A stretch of 64,000 bases of DNA from Escherichia coli. Its GTDB lineage: Bacteria; Pseudomonadota; Gammaproteobacteria; Enterobacterales; Enterobacteriaceae. Location: assembly GCF_030384885.1 (NCBI RefSeq), contig NZ_CP128613.1. One strand, written 5' to 3'. A model generated the notes under the pieces. That model ran no database searches. It was given only the letters and a program-made list of their open reading frames with translations, and was not told where the DNA came from. Positions 57,418 to 64,000 of the stretch are shown here, one piece after another. How positions within the stretch are numbered: the first letter of the stretch is position 1; each line of letters begins with the position of its first letter. The position numbers and the translations under genes were made by a program.

Positions 57418-59042
57418 ATGAATATTTTCACAGAGGCTGCAAAACTTGAAGAGCAAAATTGTCCGTTTGCGATGGCGCAAATTGTTGATAGCCGAGGCTC
57501 GACTCCCCGCCATTCTGCACAAATGTTAGTGCGCGCCGATGGTTCTATCGTCGGTACAATTGGTGGTGGAATGGTTGAGCGGAAGGTGATTGAAGAGTCG
57601 CTTCAGGCATGCAGGAACGTAAGCCGCGATTATTCCATGGACGTATGGCTCGTAACGGTGTGGATGCTGTCGGGTCAGATTGTGGAGGTGCAATGTCCGT
57701 GTTTATCAGCGTCCATGGTATGCGTCCTCGTCTGGTGTTGATTGGCGCGGGGCATGTCAATCGGGCGATAGCCCAGAGTGCGGCGCTATTAGGATTTGAT
57801 ATTGCCGTTGCCGATATTTATCGCGAAAGCCTTAATCCTGAATTATTCCCATCATCAACCACGCTTCTCCATGCTGAGTCGTTTGGTGCGGCAGTGGAAG
57901 CACTGGATATTCGCCCTGATAATTTTGTCCTGATTGCCACGAATAATCAGGATCGTGAAGCCCTCGACAAACTCATTGAACAGCCCATTGCATGGCTGGG
58001 GTTGCTGGCAAGTCGCCGCAAGGTTCAGCTTTTCCTACGTCAATTGCGTGAGAAAGGCGTGGCTGAAGAACATATTGCCCGTTTACATGCGCCCGTTGGT
58101 TACAACATAGGTGCGGAAACGCCGCAGGAGATCGCCATCAGCGTGCTGGCAGAAATATTACAGGTGAAAAATAACGCGCCGGGTGGGCTGATGATGAAAC
58201 CTTCTCATCCTTCCGGACACCAGCTGGTGGTGATTCGCGGTGCGGGGGATATCGCCAGTGGTGTGGCGCTACGTCTGTATCATGCGGGTTTTAAAGTGAT
58301 CATGCTGGAAGTGGAAAAACCGACAGTGATTCGTTGTACCGTGGCGTTTGCCCAGGCCGTGTTCGATGGCGAAATGACGGTCGAAGGCGTCACTGCCCGC
58401 CTGGCAACCAGCTCTGCGGAAGCGATGAAACTTACCGAACGCGGATTCATCCCTGTGATGGTAGATCCCGCCTGTTCATTGCTTGATGAACTGAAACCGC
58501 TTTGCGTGGTGGACGCTATTCTGGCGAAACAGAATTTGGGTACGCGGGCAGATATGGCACCAGTAACAATCGCGCTTGGGCCGGGCTTTACTGCTGGGAA
58601 GGATTGCCATGCGGTAATTGAAACAAATCGCGGGCACTGGCTCGGTCAGGTGATTTACTCTGGTTGTGCGCAGGAGAATACCGGTGTTCCCGGCAATATT
58701 ATGGGGCATACCACCCGACGGGTGATCCGTGCTCCTGCTGCAGGCATTATGCGATCCAACGTGAAATTAGGCGATCTGGTGAAAGAGGGCGATGTGATTG
58801 CCTGGATTGGTGAGCATGAAATTAAAGCACCGTTGACGGGGATGGTGCGTGGCTTGTTGAACGACGGACTGGCGGTGGTCGGTGGTTTTAAAATTGGTGA
58901 TATCGATCCACGTGGTGAAACGGCTGATTTCACCAGCGTTTCTGATAAAGCCCGGGCAATTGGCGGCGGCGTACTTGAGGCGTTAATGATGTTGATGCAT
59001 CAGGGCGTTAAAGCGACAAAAGAAGTGCTGGAAGTGGCTTAA
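57418..59042 (+). pseudogene. yqeB: XdhC-family molybdo-hydroxylase maturation protein YqeB, reading frame interrupted in this sequence (N-terminal 107-aa ORF and 477-aa ORF in different frames)
   Basis: XdhC N-domain (MNIFTEAAKLEEQNCPFAMAQIVDSRGSTPRHSAQMLVRADGSIVGTIGGGMVERKVIEESLQA) is in frame 1 and stops at 57741; the rest (RKPRLFHGRMARNGVDAVGSDCGGAMSVF..., Rossmann LVLIGAGHV...) is in frame 0, open from 57594. The span is 1625 nt, one short of the 1626 nt needed for a single 541-aa reading frame. Confidence 0.55.
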
Positions 59043-59047
59043 ATGAA

Positions 59048-59080
59048 AATGGCCGGATGGTATTACCCACCCGGCCTTTA
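59048..59080. terminator. Hairpin between convergent yqeB and yqeA (probable bidirectional terminator)
   Basis: GGCCGGATGGTATTACCCACCCGGCC inverted repeat flanked by A/T. Confidence 0.55.
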
Positions 59081-59082
59081 AA

Positions 59083-60015
59083 TTACTGACAAATCACCGT
59101 TCCGGTTTTGCCTTCAATCCCTTCTTTCGCTTTGCTCAATACGGTAATCAGTGCTTCGCGTCCAGCGCGAGAGCGAGCAAACGAGGCGGCTGCTTCCACT
59201 TTAGGCAGCATAGAACCTTTCGCAAAATGACCTTCTTCGATAAAGCGTTCAGCATCACTTAATGACAGGCGATCGAGCCACTGTTCGTTCTCTTTACCGA
59301 AGTTAATGGCCACTTTTTCTACCGCAGTCAGAATGATCAGCATATCGGCATCAATCATTTCTGCTAAACGGGCGCTGGCCCAGTCTTTATCAATAACCGC
59401 GCTGGCACCACGCAGATGGTTACCTTCACGAATAACAGGAATACCACCACCGCCAACGGTGATCACTACCTGGCCTGCATCTACCAGAGCTTTAACCGTT
59501 TCTTTTTCAATGATATCAACCGGTTTTGGCGAGGCAACAACACGGCGATAGCCGCGACCAGCATCTTCTTTCAGAGTGTAACCCTGTTTTGTCAGTTGCT
59601 CGGCTTCCTGCTCGGTAAAGAACGAACCGATCGGCTTGGTCGGGTTGAGGAATGCCGGATCGTTAGCGTCGACTTCGACCTGGGTAACCAGCGTTGCTAC
59701 AGGTTTATTAATGCCACGAGAAAGCAGTTCTTCTCTTAAGGCGTTTTGTAGATCGTAACCAATATAACCCTGGCTTAAGGCAACACAGACAGACATCGGC
59801 AGCATTGGCGAGTGCGCTTCAGTTTTTGCCGCGGCTTCAAAGGCCTGGTTAATCATGCCTACCTGCGGCCCGTTACCATGAGTGACGATGACCTCATGTC
59901 CCTGGGCAATTAAATCAACAATTGCCTGAGACGTAATTTTTACCGCTTTCATTTGTCCGGCTAGATCGTCGCCCAGCGCATTCCCGCCCAGGGCGAGAAC
60001 AATTTTCTTACTCAT
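59083..60015 (-). CDS. yqeA: Carbamate kinase-like protein YqeA (310 aa)
   Basis: Amino-acid kinase family, ArcC-like N-terminus (MSKKIVLALGGNALG). Confidence 0.9.
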   Translation of the reverse strand: MSKKIVLALGGNALGDDLAGQMKAVKITSQAIVDLIAQGHEVIVTHGNGPQVGMINQAFEAAAKTEAHSPMLPMSVCVALSQGYIGYDLQNALREELLSRGINKPVATLVTQVEVDANDPAFLNPTKPIGSFFTEQEAEQLTKQGYTLKEDAGRGYRRVVASPKPVDIIEKETVKALVDAGQVVITVGGGGIPVIREGNHLRGASAVIDKDWASARLAEMIDADMLIILTAVEKVAINFGKENEQWLDRLSLSDAERFIEEGHFAKGSMLPKVEAAASFARSRAGREALITVLSKAKEGIEGKTGTVICQ

Positions 60016-60062
60016 TTTTCCTCACTCATCATTCTTGATTGTGTATAGATCCCTGGCAGTGG

Positions 60063-61448
60063 TTAGAGCACGGGAGGGACAAACGGTTTGCGTCGCAGGA
60101 AACGACCTCGCCCGGCTTTACCTGTAAAGGTGCCGTCACAGAAAATCGTTTCACCACGGGATAATGTTCTGACAATTGCGCCCTGACAGGTAAAACCCTC
60201 CCAGGGCGAGTAGTCGGCGTTGTCGTGGAGATGGCGGTGTTGAATTTGTTGACTCTGACGTGGGTCGATAATTACCACATCACCATCTGAGCCGGGCGCT
60301 AATAATCCTTTTTGTGGCCACAGGCCAAATAGCCTGGCGGGCATCGCACTGGTCAATTCAACAAAACGCTCCGGTGTGATACGTCCCGTCATCACGCCAC
60401 TGGAGAACAGCAACTGCATGCGGTTTTCCACACCGGGCAAGCCATTTGGGCAGCGGCTGAAATCGCCTTTAGAAATTTGCAGGCGTTGAGCCATCGAGAA
60501 GGTGCAGTGATCGGTCGCCACCACGTCAATCGCACCATCACTAATGCCACACCACAGTTTGTCCTGCTCACGCACGTTACGCAGTGGTGGGCTAAGAATG
60601 AACTTCATGCCGTCTTCTGTATCGTAACTGCGTTCGTCCAGCAGGAGATATTGCGGGCAGGTTTCAACCCAGACTGGCTGGTGATTCGCGCGGGCAAGAC
60701 GCAGATAATCCAGACCTAAGCCGTTAGAGAGGTGGACGATATAGAGCGGGGCGTTACCGGCAATTTGTGCCAGGTTAATCATGCGTGCGATGGCTTCCGC
60801 TTCGCATTCCAGAGGGCGACTCAAGGCGTGATAGCGCGGCGCGGTTAACCCTGCGGCGATAAACTCCGCCCGCTTGCTGGCGATAGCTGCATCATTTTCC
60901 GGGTGCACGGTGGTCAGCGCGCCGGACTCATGCAAGCGGCGTAACGCCTGCAAAACCTCGTCATCGTTGAGTTTGTATTGATAGGTTAAATAGAGTTTAA
61001 AACTGCTCAGTCCTTCTTCGACCATCATCGGAATTTCGTCGAGGATGGCGTGATTAATGTGCTGGATAACACCGTGAAAGCTGTAGTCAATAACCGCTTT
61101 ATGGGCGGCATAACCACGATAAACTTCCAGTTGATGGCGTAATCGGCAGCCATTTGGTCCAAATCCCATATGGTCAATAATGGTTGTTGTACCGCCACAC
61201 GCAGCTGCGCGGGTACCGGTAAAAAAATCATCACAACTGCGCGCGATGCCGACATCAATATTGAAGTGTGTATGGACATCTACGCCGCCAGGGAAAACGT
61301 AACAGCCAGTAGCATCAATTTCTTCATAAGGGAGCTGCGGCGAAATATCGGTGCCCAACTGGCGAACAATCCCGCTTTCAATCAGCAAATCCTGTTTGGC
61401 TTGTCCATCTGCGTTAACGATAGTGCCGTTTTTGATCAATACGCGCAT
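60063..61448 (-). CDS. hyuA: D-phenylhydantoinase / dihydropyrimidinase-like cyclic amidohydrolase HyuA (YgeZ, 461 aa)
   Basis: Begins MRVLIKNGTIVNADGQ; metal-binding GGVDVHTHF motif. Confidence 0.9.
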   Translation of the reverse strand: MRVLIKNGTIVNADGQAKQDLLIESGIVRQLGTDISPQLPYEEIDATGCYVFPGGVDVHTHFNIDVGIARSCDDFFTGTRAAACGGTTTIIDHMGFGPNGCRLRHQLEVYRGYAAHKAVIDYSFHGVIQHINHAILDEIPMMVEEGLSSFKLYLTYQYKLNDDEVLQALRRLHESGALTTVHPENDAAIASKRAEFIAAGLTAPRYHALSRPLECEAEAIARMINLAQIAGNAPLYIVHLSNGLGLDYLRLARANHQPVWVETCPQYLLLDERSYDTEDGMKFILSPPLRNVREQDKLWCGISDGAIDVVATDHCTFSMAQRLQISKGDFSRCPNGLPGVENRMQLLFSSGVMTGRITPERFVELTSAMPARLFGLWPQKGLLAPGSDGDVVIIDPRQSQQIQHRHLHDNADYSPWEGFTCQGAIVRTLSRGETIFCDGTFTGKAGRGRFLRRKPFVPPVL

Positions 61449-61500
61449 AGCAAACTCCAAAAACCCTCCGGCGAACCGGAGGGGAATAAGTTAAGAATAA

Positions 61501-62712
61501 TTATTCGGTTGCCAGCCAGCTTAACGGGATTGCAGCGTACATAGCGGCACAGGTCACCAGGTGAGATTTCCAGGTTTTTTCGTTAGGTGCGTGCGCTTCA
61601 GGTTCTTTACCAGGGCCAAAACCGATCACCGGAATGCCGTGACGACCCATGATGGAGACGCCGTTAGTTGAGAAGGTCCACTTATCAACAACCGGCGCTT
61701 TGCCAAACAGCCCTTCGTAGGCATTCACCAGTGCTTTAACAGTGAAGTGATCTTCTTCCACTTTCCAGGTCGGGAAGTAGCATTCGGTTGGGTAAACCAG
61801 GCCAGTCCAGGACGGACGGTCGTAGTTGTACATAGAAACAACCGCGTTAGCTTTCTGTACCGCAGGCAGGGCGCGGATTTCGTCCAGCGCGCCTTCCCAG
61901 GTTTCGCCCCAGGTCAGACGACGGTCAATTGAAACTGCGCAGCTGTCTGCTACAGCGCAACGGCTTGGAGATGTGAAGAAGATTTCAGAAACGGTGAGGG
62001 TGCCTTTGCCGAGGAATTCGTCATAGCCCAGGCGCTGGGAGAGTTCCTGCAATTCGCCAAGAATCGGACCCATTTTGAAAATGGCGTTATCACCGCGCTC
62101 TGGCGCAGAGCCGTGGCAGCTAACGCCCTGAACATCAATGCGAATTTCCATACGACCGCGTTGACCACGATATACCTGGCAGTCGGTTGGTTCGGTACTG
62201 ACCACAAATTCCGGGCGAATGCCAGATTGTTCAATAATGTACTGCCAGCACAGACCGTCGCAGTCTTCTTCCTGCACAGTGCCGGTGACCAGCAGGGTGT
62301 ATTCATCTTCCAGACCGAGGTCTTTAATGATTTTACCGGCATAAACCATAGATGCCATGCCGCCTTCCTGGTCGGAAGTACCACGGCCGCCGATCAGCTC
62401 ATCAGTTTCCATGCCTTCGTACGGATCGAAGTCCCAGTTTTTGATGTTGCCAATGCCGACGGTGTCGATATGCGCGTCCATCGCCACCAGACGCGGGCCG
62501 TGACCGATATAACCGAGCACGTTGCCCATCGGGTCGATTTCAACTTTATCGAAGCCGACTTTTTCCATCTCTTCTTTAATACGATGTACTACGCGTTTTT
62601 CATCGCAGCTTTCACTGGGAATAGCAACCATATCGCGCAGAAAGCGAGTCATGTCTGCCTGGTAATCTTTTGCTTTTTCAAGAATCAGTTTGAATGGAAT
62701 ATTCTTAGCCAT
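61501..62712 (-). CDS. ygeY: M20-family peptidase / amidohydrolase YgeY (403 aa)
   Basis: ArgE/DapE/CPG2-type metallopeptidase fold and motifs. Confidence 0.88.
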
Positions 62713-62769
62713 TATTTTTCTCCAGATTTTTTACTCCCCGTTTGGCGGGGAGCAGTTCCAATAGGGTGA

Positions 62770-63966
62770 TTAAGGTGCTACAGAGTGTTTGCCTTCCCAG
62801 ACAACTTCGCGGTAGTGCTTCACGTCGGTGTCGCCTTCAGTGCTGATAACCAGCACCACTGCATCTTTGTTCAGCGCCAGTTTTTCCATCAGGCTTTGAC
62901 GTTGCGGGTGATAATGAACCGCCGCGAGAACGCCTAAACCGACAGCGCCGGATTCACCGGAGATGATGCGCGGGTCGTTGCCGTACGGATTACCCAGCAC
63001 GCGCATACCTAATGCGGCAACGCTGTCCTGGCAGGAGATGAATTGGGTGGCGCAGTTACGTAGGATTTCCCAGCCCAGTGGGTTAGGTTCGCCGCAAGCC
63101 AGGCCCGCCATGATAGTGGCCATATCGCCGCCAACGTTGACGATGTCGCCTTTGACACCAGAACGATAGATACAGTCAGCTTTGTCAGGTTCAACAATAA
63201 TGCTGTGCAGATTTTGCGGGCTGTAGACGTCGACCAGATAACCCAGTACGCCGCCGGCCATCGCGCCGACACCGGCTTGCAGCAGAACGTGTGTTGGGGT
63301 TACGCCCATTTCACGCATTTGCTCGACGGCTTCATCTGCCAGAGTGGCATAGCCCTGCATGATCCAGGTTGGGATTTTGGTGTAGCCTTCCCAGGCGGTA
63401 TCTTGCACCACTTCCCAGCCGTGTTGCTGCGCGTGTTGCATGGTCAGACGAACGGTATCGTCATAGTTCATATCAGTGACGATGCACTCGGCTCCGAGGT
63501 TCAGAATGGCGTCAACGCGTTCCTGAGCGGAACCTTTCGGCATGTAAATTACCGCGTTCTGACCGAGTTGCTGTGCTGCCCAGGCAACACCGCGCCCGTG
63601 GTTGCCGTCGGTCGTTGTAGCAAATGTCATTTTTTCGCCGATGGCACTTTTCAGATGCTCGAATGACAGTGTTTCGATATCAAGATGATATTTTTCGCAC
63701 AACAACTGAGCGATGGCATATGCGCCGCCGAGCATTTTGAATGCGTTCAGACCGAATCGTTTTGATTCGTCCTTAACGAGAATTTTTTTCACCCCAAAAA
63801 GGTTTGCGAGATCGTCCAGCGCGCAAAGTGGTGTTGGGCGATAGCCAGCAATTTTCTGGTGGAACTGGCGCGCCAGTTTTGCCTGGCTTTGCGAAAAGAG
63901 CGGTGATGTTTCGCCGTTGAAAAATTTGTTATCGGCGATATCAATCTTCAATGAGAAAACGGACAT
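62770..63966 (-). CDS. ygeX: 2,3-diaminopropionate ammonia-lyase (PLP-dependent, 398 aa)
   Basis: PLP fold-type II sequence; begins MSVFSLKIDIADNKFFNGETSPLFSQSQAKLARQFHQKIAGYRPTPL. Confidence 0.9.
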   Translation of the reverse strand: MSVFSLKIDIADNKFFNGETSPLFSQSQAKLARQFHQKIAGYRPTPLCALDDLANLFGVKKILVKDESKRFGLNAFKMLGGAYAIAQLLCEKYHLDIETLSFEHLKSAIGEKMTFATTTDGNHGRGVAWAAQQLGQNAVIYMPKGSAQERVDAILNLGAECIVTDMNYDDTVRLTMQHAQQHGWEVVQDTAWEGYTKIPTWIMQGYATLADEAVEQMREMGVTPTHVLLQAGVGAMAGGVLGYLVDVYSPQNLHSIIVEPDKADCIYRSGVKGDIVNVGGDMATIMAGLACGEPNPLGWEILRNCATQFISCQDSVAALGMRVLGNPYGNDPRIISGESGAVGLGVLAAVHYHPQRQSLMEKLALNKDAVVLVISTEGDTDVKHYREVVWEGKHSVAP

Positions 63967-64000
63967 ATCCTATCCTTTTGGCCTCTGGAAATAGAGAGCC

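Overview
This window reads as a contiguous stretch of Escherichia coli core chromosome, colinear (in reverse orientation) with the K-12 region running from pgk/fbaA through the sbm operon, serA, the gcvTHP operon, recJ/prfB/lysS and into the ygf/yge/xdh purine-related cluster. All identifications are from reading the translated ORFs and motifs against remembered protein and RNA sequences; no database search was run. I support about 60 protein-coding genes, two small RNAs (6S RNA/ssrS and the SibC antitoxin RNA opposite a 19-aa IbsC toxin ORF that the ORF track missed), two ERIC/IRU repeats in inverted orientation, one BIME/REP cluster, the prfB programmed +1 frameshift, and several intrinsic terminators. 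I see no prophage, IS element, integron, CRISPR array or inserted island; gene order and intergenic sizes match the conserved backbone, so I do not claim a novel system. The items most worth a second look are: the poorly characterised ygfK-ssnA-ygfM-xdhD / mocA / yqeC-yqeB / yqeA-hyuA-ygeY-ygeX cluster; an apparent 1-nt frame disruption in yqeB; the ibsC/sibC type I toxin-antitoxin locus; and the overlapping sdhE-cptA pair. RF2 carries Ala rather than Thr four residues before GGQ, which suggests the strain is not K-12.
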